A stretch of 64,000 nt of DNA, taken from positions 25,307 through 89,306 of the forward strand of contig CAZYBT010000001.1 in the NCBI GenBank assembly GCA_964645755.1, read 5' to 3'. This document shows, in pieces, positions 28,142-36,927 of this stretch. Made by a program: the position numbers and the translations under genes. The notes beneath the pieces were generated by a model. The model saw nothing but the letters and a program-made list of their open reading frames with translations, searched no databases and was not told the origin of the DNA. Positions within the stretch are counted from its first letter, which is position 1; each line of letters opens with the position of its first letter. The DNA is from an uncultured Rhizobium sp. (GTDB taxonomy: Bacteria > Bacteroidota > Bacteroidia > NS11-12g > UBA955).

Positions 28142-29201
28142 TTTGGCAATTCTAAGATTTAATGGCGTTGGAATTACGGCACTTGCAGGTGCTGTACCGA
28201 AAAACGTGATTAAAAATTTAGAATATACAGATCATTTTAATCGCAACGACGTTCAAGAAATTGTTGAAAAAACAGGCATCTATGAACGAAGGTTTGCTCC
28301 TAAAGGTATGTGTGCGAGTGATTTGTGTTTTGCCGCTGCAGAACGCGTGATTTCAGACAATCATATTGACAAATCTGAAATTGATTTATTGGTGTTTATT
28401 TCTCAAACCCCAGATTATCGAATGCCGGCAACGTCAATATTGCTTCAAAACCGGTTGGGTTTGTCGAAGCATACAATGGCCTTTGATATCAACTTGGGTT
28501 GTTCCGCTTTTGTTTACGGATTATCAGTTGTTTTTTCACTCATGGAAAGGAGTAATTTCAAGAGAGCTTTATTACTTGACGGTGAAACACGATCAAGGAT
28601 ATATCATCCAAAGGATAGAAAAACGGCTTTTTTATTTGGGGACGGAGGCGTGGCAGCAATAATTGAACGAGATCAAAAATTTGGCCAGAGTATTTTCTCT
28701 TTGGGTAGTGATGGTTCAAAATCCGATTTGATTTCAATGAAATCTGGTGGTTACAGATACGAAACGAATCTAGATAGTTTAACAGAGAATGTCATTGATG
28801 AACATGGAAATGTATCAACAGACAATCACGGAAGAATGGATGGAGGTGAGGTTTTTAATTTTGTGTTGAAGGAAATTCCAACAAACATCAAAGAAATTCT
28901 TCTTGAATCAGGATTGGAACAGTCGCAAATAGATTATTTTATTTTTCATCAAGCCAATCAATTTATGAACGGTTATTTACAAAAGAAATTCAAAATTGAA
29001 GATTCTAAGTTTCCATTGTCTATTGGTAAATTCGGCAACACCTCATCGGTTTCCATACCGCTGACAATGGTGAGTGAATTGAGTGATAAAATGCAAAACT
29101 CAAAAAAGATATTGCTGTGCGGATTTGGAGTTGGCATGAGTTGGGCGAGCGCGATTTTAAAAACAGATAACCTTAAAATTTCTAATTTAATTGAAATATG
29201 A
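28101..29201 (+). CDS. KASIII/FabH-family condensing enzyme, copy 2. The exact start is uncertain: TTG at 28101 or TTG near 28146.
   Basis: …LVFISQTPDYRMPATS…NLGCSAFVYGLSV…FHQANQFMNGYL…FGNTSSVSIPL…CGFGVGMSWA. About 30% identical to copy 1. Confidence 0.75.
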   Translation: MANSLIQLKKCKLNLAILRFNGVGITALAGAVPKNVIKNLEYTDHFNRNDVQEIVEKTGIYERRFAPKGMCASDLCFAAAERVISDNHIDKSEIDLLVFISQTPDYRMPATSILLQNRLGLSKHTMAFDINLGCSAFVYGLSVVFSLMERSNFKRALLLDGETRSRIYHPKDRKTAFLFGDGGVAAIIERDQKFGQSIFSLGSDGSKSDLISMKSGGYRYETNLDSLTENVIDEHGNVSTDNHGRMDGGEVFNFVLKEIPTNIKEILLESGLEQSQIDYFIFHQANQFMNGYLQKKFKIEDSKFPLSIGKFGNTSSVSIPLTMVSELSDKMQNSKKILLCGFGVGMSWASAILKTDNLKISNLIEI

Positions 29202-29962
29202 GCAACCCTTTTGACTTAACGGGTAAAAGAATATTGGTTACAGGAGCCTCTTCGGGAATTGGTAGGTCTGTGGCCATAGAATGCAGTAAACTTGGAGCAG
29301 AATTGGTTTTGATGGGCAGAGATGAAGGTAGATTAATTGAAACATTGAATTTATTGAACCCCGGCAAGAATCATATATATGTTGCTGCTGATTTCGAGGG
29401 TGGTGTAGATTTAGAAAAACTCACGAATATCATTCAAGGAGGAAATAAATTAAGTGGCTTGGTAAATTGTGCAGGTGTAACTTCAACTTTGCCAATTAAA
29501 AGTATTCAAAAAAATAGATTACAAAGTACTTTTGATGTTAATGTTTTTGGAGCCTTTGAAATGGCGAAATGGTTTACCAAAAAATCAATTGTAGATGCAA
29601 ACGGGGGTAGTATTATTTTCATTGCTTCAATAATGGGTCAAATGGGAGAGGTTGGAAAAACACTATATTCAATGTCCAAAGGTGCATTAATTTCTGGAAG
29701 TCGTTCTATGGCTTTGGAGTTGGCTTCAAAAAACATCCGTGTTAATTGCATTTCTCCTGGTGTTGTCTTAACTCCCATGGTAGAGAATGGAGTATATGCT
29801 AAAGATGTCGCATTGTTTGATCAAGTAAAGCAAAAACATCCACTTGGAATTGGCGAAGCGATTGATGTTGCCAACGCTGTCGTTTTTTTATTATCGGGTG
29901 CAGCAAAATGGATTACAGGAACAAATTTGATCGTAGATGGTGGCTACACCGCAGGTAAATAG
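29198..29962 (+). CDS. Short-chain dehydrogenase, 3-oxoacyl-ACP reductase (FabG)-like.
   Basis: ILVTGASSGIGRSVA (TGxxxGxG). …ASIMGQMGEVGKTLYSMSKGAL (S…YxxxK catalytic motif). Confidence 0.8.
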   Translation: MSNPFDLTGKRILVTGASSGIGRSVAIECSKLGAELVLMGRDEGRLIETLNLLNPGKNHIYVAADFEGGVDLEKLTNIIQGGNKLSGLVNCAGVTSTLPIKSIQKNRLQSTFDVNVFGAFEMAKWFTKKSIVDANGGSIIFIASIMGQMGEVGKTLYSMSKGALISGSRSMALELASKNIRVNCISPGVVLTPMVENGVYAKDVALFDQVKQKHPLGIGEAIDVANAVVFLLSGAAKWITGTNLIVDGGYTAGK

Positions 29963-30200
29963 GGTTTTTGTGATAAAATGTTATACGTTTAACACAAAAT
30001 TAGTATCATTCAAGTTTTCTTAACATACGGGTTTTGTTTAATTTTGTAAGCACAAATTTAGAATCAAGAGAACTACAAATTATTTTTGGCAAGGTTCTTG
30101 ATTAAGTCAAATCAAACAATGAAAAACTTAACAGCAAAAATCATCATTGAAACAACATCAATTAATTTTGATGTGATTTTTGCAATTCTTAGAAATTCTT

Positions 30201-31406
30201 ATGACACTCAAAAATATCTTAAAAAATAAACTTAATCTAAAATCAATAGAGCTCGAATCAGAAGTTGGAAATACATCTTCTGAGAGAATTTGGTTATCAT
30301 CACCGCACATGAGCGGACATGAACAAAAGTACATTGCTGAAGCATTTGCCACAAATTGGATTGCCCCGTTGGGTTCAAATGTAGATGGATTTGAAAATGA
30401 TGTTTGTGAATACACAGGTGCTCAACACGGTGCGGCTTTGTCTTCTGGAACCGCAGCAATTCACCTCGCATTAAAGCTTTGTGGTGTGGGCCAAGATGAT
30501 TATGTAATTTGTCAGAGTTTCACTTTTGTTGCTACTGCAAATGCAATTGTTTATGAAAAAGCCATTCCAATTTTTGTAGATTCAGAGCCCGATACTTGGG
30601 GAATGGACCCCAAATTGATGGAAAAAGCAATTTTACATTGTATTTCTTTAGAGAAAAAACCAAAGGCGATTATCCCAGTTCACTTATATGGCATGCCTGT
30701 TAAGATGGATGAAATCATGGAAATTGCGAACAAGTATAAGATTCCAGTCATTGAAGATGCTGCTGAAGCACTTGGTTCAACAATCAATGGTAAACAATGC
30801 GGAACCTTTGGTGACTATGGCGTTATAAGTTTTAATGGCAACAAGATTATCACAACATCTGGTGGTGGAATGTTGTTGTCAAATACTAAAGAAAAAATAG
30901 AAAAAGCGAGATTTTTATCTACCCAAGCTCGTGATGTTGCTCCACACTACCAACATAGTGAAGTAGGATATAACTATCGAATGAGTAATGTTTTAGCGGG
31001 AATTGGACGTGGGCAAATGGAAGTCATTCAAGACAGAGTGAATCAGCGCAGATATAATTTTGAATTATACAAAAAAGAACTATCGGGTATTCCGGGAATT
31101 TCTTTTTTGGAGGAACTCGATGGATTTAAAAGTAATAGATGGTTGACAATTATCATTGTAGATTCGAAGTTAACAAATGGTGTTACCAATGAAGACTTAA
31201 GAATTGCTTTAGATTCAGAAAATATTGAATCAAGACCACTTTGGAAACCAATGCACATGCAACCACTATTTGAAAAGCAACCTTACTTCGGAAACGGAGT
31301 GGCGATGAAGTTATTCAAAACTGGACTTTGTTTACCAAGTGGAAGCAATTTGAAAGAATCAGATTTAATGAGAGTTGTTAAAGCCATTAAATCGCAGTTT
31401 AAATAA
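30201..31406 (+). CDS. DegT/DnrJ/EryC1/PglE-type PLP sugar aminotransferase (nucleotide-4-keto-6-deoxy-sugar 4-aminotransferase).
   Basis: …LSSPHMSGHEQKYIAEAFATNWIAPLG…IEDAAEALGSTINGKQCGTFGDYGVISFNGNKIITT (Schiff-base Lys region). Confidence 0.8.
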   Translation: MTLKNILKNKLNLKSIELESEVGNTSSERIWLSSPHMSGHEQKYIAEAFATNWIAPLGSNVDGFENDVCEYTGAQHGAALSSGTAAIHLALKLCGVGQDDYVICQSFTFVATANAIVYEKAIPIFVDSEPDTWGMDPKLMEKAILHCISLEKKPKAIIPVHLYGMPVKMDEIMEIANKYKIPVIEDAAEALGSTINGKQCGTFGDYGVISFNGNKIITTSGGGMLLSNTKEKIEKARFLSTQARDVAPHYQHSEVGYNYRMSNVLAGIGRGQMEVIQDRVNQRRYNFELYKKELSGIPGISFLEELDGFKSNRWLTIIIVDSKLTNGVTNEDLRIALDSENIESRPLWKPMHMQPLFEKQPYFGNGVAMKLFKTGLCLPSGSNLKESDLMRVVKAIKSQFK

Positions 31407-31465
31407 TTTTCTTTTCTACTGTATCAGCAGTAGATTTGCAGTTCCTATATCAATAGGAATCTTCA

Positions 31466-32899
31466 ATGTCAGTTAAAAGTAAAAGTGTTATCGTAATTGG
31501 TGCTGGTCCAGCGGGTTTAACAGCCGCCTATGAATTAGCAAAGAAAGGAGCCAATGTTACGGTGGTTGAGTCCACCTTGGCAGTTGGAGGTATGGCCAGA
31601 AGTTTTGAACTCTTTGGTCAAATCGTTGATTGTGGTCCTCATAGATTCTTTTCAAGTGATAAAATTGTGAACGATTTGTTCCATGAGGTAGTGCAAGATG
31701 ATTATACTTTGGTAAATCGTTTAACACGTATCTATTACAAGAATAAGTTCTTTGACTATCCTTTGAAATTGGGTAATGTACTCAAAAATTTGTCCCCAAT
31801 TGAAATCATTGGAATCCTTTGGAGCTATGCAGTGGTTCGAATTTCAGGCAAAAAGAATCTTGAAACTTTTGAAGATTGGGTTACAGATAAATTTGGTAAA
31901 AAATTATTTCAAATGTTTTTCAAAACGTATTCTGAAAAATTATGGGGAATAAGATGTGATCAAATTGATTCAGATTGGGCTGCTCAAAGAATTAAAAAGC
32001 TATCTCTTTATGAAGCTGTAAAAGCCGCGATTTTTGGCAACAAGGGCAATAAACATAAAACATTAGTTGATCAATTTGCCTACCCTAAAAATGGTACTGG
32101 AGAAGTTTATGAGAAAATGGCAAATGCCATTCAAAACATGGGAGGAACAATCCTATTTCATAAAAAAATAGCAAAAATTAATGTAGATAACCAAAAGATG
32201 ATTACTTCCATAGTAGATTCTGATGGACTAGAATACAAAGCCGACCATTATATTTCAACCATGCCTTTAACCTTATTGCTTCAAGGTATGTCTCAAATAG
32301 ACCAAAATGTATTGGAAATTTCTAAGAAATTGTACTTTAGAAACACAACCTTGGTTTACTTAGAAATTGATACAGACAAACTTTTCCCAGATAATTGGAT
32401 TTATGTTCATTCACCGGAAGTAAAACATGGTAGAATTACAAATTTTAGAAACTGGTGTCCTTCAATCAATAAAGATAAAAAGACAACAATTTTATGTCTA
32501 GAATTTTGGAGTTTCGACCATGAAGAGCTTTGGAATTATTCAGATGAGCAACTGAATCAACTCGCGGCCACTGAAATCCGAAAATTGAATCTGATCAATG
32601 CTGAATCAAAGATTTTGAATCAGTCTGTAATGCGTATTCCTAAATGTTATCCGGTATATGAAACAGGATATATGGATTATTTACAGCCTGTGATAGACTA
32701 CCTAAAAGGATTTCACAATTTGCATCCAATTGGTCGTTATGGTTCATTCAAATACAACAATCAGGATCATTCAATTTTGATGGGAATTCTCATTGCTCGA
32801 CAACTCGATTCAGGAAAGGATCAAAAGCTATGGGATATCAATACAGACTCTGATTACCAAGAAGAAACAGAAATTAATTTAACTGGTTATAACGTCTAA
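31466..32899 (+). CDS. NAD(P)/FAD-dependent oxidoreductase (amine-oxidase/protoporphyrinogen-oxidase-like fold). Last gene before the terminator.
   Basis: N-terminal dinucleotide fold VIVIGAGPAGLTAAYELAKKGANVTVVES…VGGMARSF. Confidence 0.55.
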   Translation: MSVKSKSVIVIGAGPAGLTAAYELAKKGANVTVVESTLAVGGMARSFELFGQIVDCGPHRFFSSDKIVNDLFHEVVQDDYTLVNRLTRIYYKNKFFDYPLKLGNVLKNLSPIEIIGILWSYAVVRISGKKNLETFEDWVTDKFGKKLFQMFFKTYSEKLWGIRCDQIDSDWAAQRIKKLSLYEAVKAAIFGNKGNKHKTLVDQFAYPKNGTGEVYEKMANAIQNMGGTILFHKKIAKINVDNQKMITSIVDSDGLEYKADHYISTMPLTLLLQGMSQIDQNVLEISKKLYFRNTTLVYLEIDTDKLFPDNWIYVHSPEVKHGRITNFRNWCPSINKDKKTTILCLEFWSFDHEELWNYSDEQLNQLAATEIRKLNLINAESKILNQSVMRIPKCYPVYETGYMDYLQPVIDYLKGFHNLHPIGRYGSFKYNNQDHSILMGILIARQLDSGKDQKLWDINTDSDYQEETEINLTGYNV

Positions 32900-32920
32900 A
32901 CGAGTAATAAAGAATTTTAA

Positions 32921-32949
32921 AGCCTCCATTTTTGGAGGCTTTTTTTTTG
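32921..32949 (+). terminator. Rho-independent terminator closing the polysaccharide locus.
   Basis: agcctcca-tttt-tggaggct perfect 8-bp stem followed by a T9 run. Confidence 0.8.
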
Positions 32950-32986
32950 ATGGTTCTCGCTGAAATTAAATTAACTTTGTCAACTC

Positions 32987-33484
32987 ATGCAAATTTCACT
33001 CATCGCTGCAATTGGTCAGAATTTTGAACTCGGAGCCAATAATGATTTGCTTTGGCACCTTCCGATAGATTTTAAGTGGTTTATTCAACACACCAAAGGC
33101 AAGCCAGTGCTTATGGGTAGAAAAACCATGGAAAGTCTTGGTAAGCCTCTAAAAAACAGATTGAATTTAGTTCTAAGCCGTTCAAACCCAAATTTAGTTG
33201 AAGGTTTTCATTTAGTTTCAAACATTACAGAGGCCATTGATAAAGTAAACGAAGAGAGTTATGATGAACTTATGATCATTGGTGGTGCCCAAATTTATGA
33301 GCAAACAATTGATGTTTGCGATCGATTAATTATTACCCATGTTGCTGCTAATTTTTCTCAAGCAGAAACATTTTTTCCAAAGGTAAATTTCCAAGATTGG
33401 AATTGTGTTTTTTCTGAAAAACATCAAGCCGATGAGCAACATGCTTATCCATTTGAATTCTGCATATACGAGAAATACGTTTAA
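32987..33484 (+). CDS. folA: Dihydrofolate reductase.
   Basis: MQISLIAAIGQNFELGANNDLLWHLPIDFKWFIQHTKGKPVLMGRKTMESLGKPL…LSR, the classical DHFR signature. 165 aa. Confidence 0.9.
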   Translation: MQISLIAAIGQNFELGANNDLLWHLPIDFKWFIQHTKGKPVLMGRKTMESLGKPLKNRLNLVLSRSNPNLVEGFHLVSNITEAIDKVNEESYDELMIIGGAQIYEQTIDVCDRLIITHVAANFSQAETFFPKVNFQDWNCVFSEKHQADEQHAYPFEFCIYEKYV

Positions 33485-34882
33485 GTGAAATATGGGAAAT
33501 TCATATTAATTCTCTTTTTTCTTTTCTTGAATGAGGGATATTTGGTTTCGCAGTCAATTGTCCCTCAAAATATAAAATATGATTCAATTTCAACCGTAAA
33601 AGTAAAGGGTTTAAAGCGAACAAAATTAGTGACTATTCATCGGGAATTGAATTATATAGAGGGTGTTAAACTTTTTGTAAATGATTCACTGATAAATCGA
33701 TGGGAATTAAGATTGAGCTCATTAAATTTATTTACGGATGTAAATGTTTTCAGAAAAAATGATACCTTACACATAGAAGTTACTGAAGAGTTTTATTATT
33801 GGTTAAATCCTGTTGGAGGGTTTGCCGACCGGAATTTTCACAATTGGTTGCTCAATCCTAAATTGAGTCGGTTGTACTTTGGCGGAGACTTTTTGTTTTA
33901 CAATTTATTTGGATTGAATCACACATGCACAATGACATTAGTTGGTGGTTTTAATCAACAAGTAGGATTAGGATATGAATGGCCGAATTCTAAGTTTGGA
34001 AAGGGGTGGTTGGGAAAGGTCAAATTTTTATATTCTAGAAACCATGAAATATGGTTAAAAACCGAAAATAACCAAGTTGTATTTTATCAAATAGAGCCAG
34101 ACTATGCGCAGCAGGTAACAGCGATATCTGCTAAGTTTTCAAAAAAGTTAAGCTATGAAAGTAGTTTTGAAATAGGCGAATCTGTGGATTTTTATCGGAT
34201 TGATCCATCTGTTTATTTTTTAAATAAAGACTACTTATTGGGAGGTAATGAGTTAACAATGAATACGTTAAGTTGTGGATATGCCTTTGATTCTCGAAAT
34301 CAACGTCATTATCCTACCGATGGTACTGAGTTAAAATTGGGCATTGATTTTCAACATTTAATTTCCAATAATCGTTCAGTAAGAAACATAAACTCTTTTA
34401 ATGCTAAATTGAGAAAGTTCATTCCATTGGGAAAATTTATTTCTTTGGGAATGGCGTTGGCATCGCAATATAGATTCGGGAACTTGAATTATTTGATGAG
34501 TCGCCAATTGGGATATGGTGGAGAATATGTGCGTGGTTATGAACAGTATGTGCTTGATGGCGCTGGTTTTGTAGTTGCGAAATTTTCTTTAAGAGCAAAG
34601 TTATTTGATCAAAAAATTAAAGTAAGAACATTTTCAAAAGCTGTGAATTACGAAAATGCTCCGTTGGCAGTGTGGTTGACTGTTTTTAGTGATAATGGTA
34701 AAGTGATTTCGCCATACATGAATCAATCATTTTTGGGGAACTCACTGCAAAAGGAATACTTAAAATCTTTAGGTTTTGGCATTGATATTTTGGCTTATTA
34801 CGATCTATTGACTAGATTTGATGTGACAAGAAATCATTTTGGCAATTGGATATTTAACTTATCATTCAAACATGCCATTTAA
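33485..34882 (+). CDS. Outer-membrane beta-barrel protein with an N-terminal POTRA-like domain (BamA/TamA/surface-antigen family).
   Basis: Signal peptide. A POTRA-like region (ISTVKVKGLKRTKLVTIHRELNYIEGVKL). A C-terminal half with alternating aromatic beta-strand pattern rich in Y/F/G/N. Confidence 0.55.
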   Translation: MKYGKFILILFFLFLNEGYLVSQSIVPQNIKYDSISTVKVKGLKRTKLVTIHRELNYIEGVKLFVNDSLINRWELRLSSLNLFTDVNVFRKNDTLHIEVTEEFYYWLNPVGGFADRNFHNWLLNPKLSRLYFGGDFLFYNLFGLNHTCTMTLVGGFNQQVGLGYEWPNSKFGKGWLGKVKFLYSRNHEIWLKTENNQVVFYQIEPDYAQQVTAISAKFSKKLSYESSFEIGESVDFYRIDPSVYFLNKDYLLGGNELTMNTLSCGYAFDSRNQRHYPTDGTELKLGIDFQHLISNNRSVRNINSFNAKLRKFIPLGKFISLGMALASQYRFGNLNYLMSRQLGYGGEYVRGYEQYVLDGAGFVVAKFSLRAKLFDQKIKVRTFSKAVNYENAPLAVWLTVFSDNGKVISPYMNQSFLGNSLQKEYLKSLGFGIDILAYYDLLTRFDVTRNHFGNWIFNLSFKHAI

Positions 34883-34885
34883 TCT

Positions 34886-35773
34886 ATGAAAATTGGAGTT
34901 TATGCAAAATCAGTTCGTGATCCAAAGCATCGTGATGCTCTGGCGAATTTGATATTGATATTACACAAAAGAGGACATCAAGTTTTTTGTCCGCCTTCGC
35001 TTGAAGATTTTATTTACATGCAAGTATCCAATACAATTGTGCCCCATGTATTTGATTATTTTACAGCCGATTCAGCCTCTATTGATGTATTGATAAGTGT
35101 GGGTGGCGATGGAACAATTTTGGATACTTTACAATTTGTACGCGACAGTAAAATTCCGGTATTGTCGATCAATACTGGTCGTTTAGGTTTTCTAGCTGGT
35201 GTGGCAACTGATGAAATAGAATTTGCAATTGATGAATTAGAAAAGGGAAATTATCTACTAGAGTCTAGAAGCTTATTGCATATGGATTCAAATGAAGAAA
35301 TCTTTGATTTCAATTTTGGTTTGAACGATTTTGTAATTCATAAAAAAGAGACTTCAAGTATGATTGTGGTGCATACCTATTTGAATGGAGAGTTTTTGAA
35401 TAGTTATTGGAGTGATGGACTTATTGTTTCTACTCCCACCGGTTCAACTGGATATTCTTTGAGTTGTGGTGGCCCCATTATTTTTCCTAAAAGCGATAGT
35501 TTTGTCATTACTCCAATTGCGCCCCATAACTTGAATGTGAGGCCTGTTGTTGTAAGCGATGATGTAGTTATTTCATTTGAAATAGAAGGTAGAGCGAGTA
35601 GTTACCTGGCAAGTTTGGACGCTAGATCGCAGAGTATAACCGGTGATGTGAATATGGCTGTTAAAAAGGCAAGTTTTCCTTTGATTTTAATGCGATTGAC
35701 CAATGTCAATTTCATGGATACGTTGAGAAGTAAATTGAATTGGGGATTTGATAAACGGACTGAAGTTGAATGA
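34886..35773 (+). CDS. nadK: NAD+ kinase.
   Basis: GGDGT motif (VLISVGGDGTILDTLQFV). Downstream NxGxLGFL and …TPTGSTGYSLSCGGPII motifs of NadK/PpnK. Confidence 0.9.
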   Translation: MKIGVYAKSVRDPKHRDALANLILILHKRGHQVFCPPSLEDFIYMQVSNTIVPHVFDYFTADSASIDVLISVGGDGTILDTLQFVRDSKIPVLSINTGRLGFLAGVATDEIEFAIDELEKGNYLLESRSLLHMDSNEEIFDFNFGLNDFVIHKKETSSMIVVHTYLNGEFLNSYWSDGLIVSTPTGSTGYSLSCGGPIIFPKSDSFVITPIAPHNLNVRPVVVSDDVVISFEIEGRASSYLASLDARSQSITGDVNMAVKKASFPLILMRLTNVNFMDTLRSKLNWGFDKRTEVE

Positions 35774-36885
35774 AAAAATACCTAGCTTTAATCATTTTTG
35801 CCCATTTTTCTGCATCGTTTGCTCAGGTACCTTCCTTCAATAGTGCTGTTCGTCTTGATGTCGCAACTTGGAATATTGAATGGTTTGGAGACCCATCAAA
35901 CGGTCCCTCAAATGAAACTACCCAGCTGAATAATGCTGTTCAACTCATTAAGGGAATGGACGTTGATATCATGTCGTTATGTGAAATAAGCGATTCAGTT
36001 TATTGGAAAAAATTACTCAATGCATTGCCCGAATATGCTGGGGTCATCAGTACTTGGAATCAAACGCAAAAAACAGCTCTGATATTCAAGAAGAATCAAT
36101 TTGCTTGCTTATACTCCAAGCATGTTTTATCGCAATATGATTCTGACTTTGCAAGTGGTAGATTGCCTCTTGAAGTGTCCCTCCAAAGAAATTTAAATGG
36201 AAAGTTAGATACACTTTTTGTTTGGGTCATTCATTTAAAGGCAAACATTGGTACAACAACTCAAAAATCGGAATCATATAATAAAAGATATAATGCGAGT
36301 GTTTATCTCAAAAATTATGTGAATCAATATTTTAGAAACAGAAAGGGTTTGATTATGGGGGACTGGAACGATGATTTTGACAAAAGTATTTTCAATAACA
36401 ATACAAGTCCGTTTGTGAATTGGCGCGATGACGCATCTTATTTGGTACCGTCGTATCAATTGAGCCTGAAGGGTCAAAGAACTACAGCATCCTATTCTGA
36501 CGCCATTGATCATATTGCAGTAACACCTGGATTAAAATCATTTTGGGTTAAAGATTCGGTTCAGGCCTTTTATGCAAATGCATATATTGGGAGTTTTTCT
36601 TCCAATACAAGCGATCATTTTCCTGTTTTTACACGTTTTTACGATCAAGTAAATGCACAGACGAATGCGACGACAGATTTTGAGGTTGAAAAGGTATTTT
36701 TCAATGGTCAATATTGGGAGGGAACAGAAAACGCATTAAATCAGAATATCAATGTATATTCAATGCTTGGCAAACTAATTTATTCTGGCAAATTATCAGC
36801 ATTTTTACCTCCAAGGGGATTATTGTTTGTGATTTCCAACTCAAATGGTTCAAATTTATTTAAAGGTAGCTGGTTGAGTTACTAA
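35770..36885 (+). CDS. Secreted endonuclease/exonuclease/phosphatase (EEP)-family protein with a T9SS C-terminal sorting domain.
   Basis: Signal peptide. EEP motifs (…DVDIMSLCEI…; GDWNDDF; SDHFPV). The C-terminus INVYSMLGKLIYSGKL… resembles the T9SS CTD motif (xVYnLlGqlV). Confidence 0.65.
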   Translation: MKKYLALIIFAHFSASFAQVPSFNSAVRLDVATWNIEWFGDPSNGPSNETTQLNNAVQLIKGMDVDIMSLCEISDSVYWKKLLNALPEYAGVISTWNQTQKTALIFKKNQFACLYSKHVLSQYDSDFASGRLPLEVSLQRNLNGKLDTLFVWVIHLKANIGTTTQKSESYNKRYNASVYLKNYVNQYFRNRKGLIMGDWNDDFDKSIFNNNTSPFVNWRDDASYLVPSYQLSLKGQRTTASYSDAIDHIAVTPGLKSFWVKDSVQAFYANAYIGSFSSNTSDHFPVFTRFYDQVNAQTNATTDFEVEKVFFNGQYWEGTENALNQNINVYSMLGKLIYSGKLSAFLPPRGLLFVISNSNGSNLFKGSWLSY

Positions 36886-36927
36886 TTTTCTTGTTTTTCG
36901 TTCAAAAGTGTTATTTTTACACTTAGT

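Noticed and set aside
28101-28146. Overlap of the second KASIII ORF with the ACP gene (41 nt)
   Set aside because: It probably reflects an over-extended TTG start in the ORF track. A start nearer 28146, after the ACP stop, is equally plausible. It is not evidence of a fusion or frameshift.
31466-32899. Interpreting the terminal FAD oxidoreductase as UDP-galactopyranose mutase (Glf) or as the missing E3 reductase
   Set aside because: Its length (477 aa) and GGMARSF/DCGPHRF motifs fit amine-oxidase/PPO-like flavoproteins better than Glf (about 370-400 aa). It lacks the [2Fe-2S] Cys cluster expected for E3.
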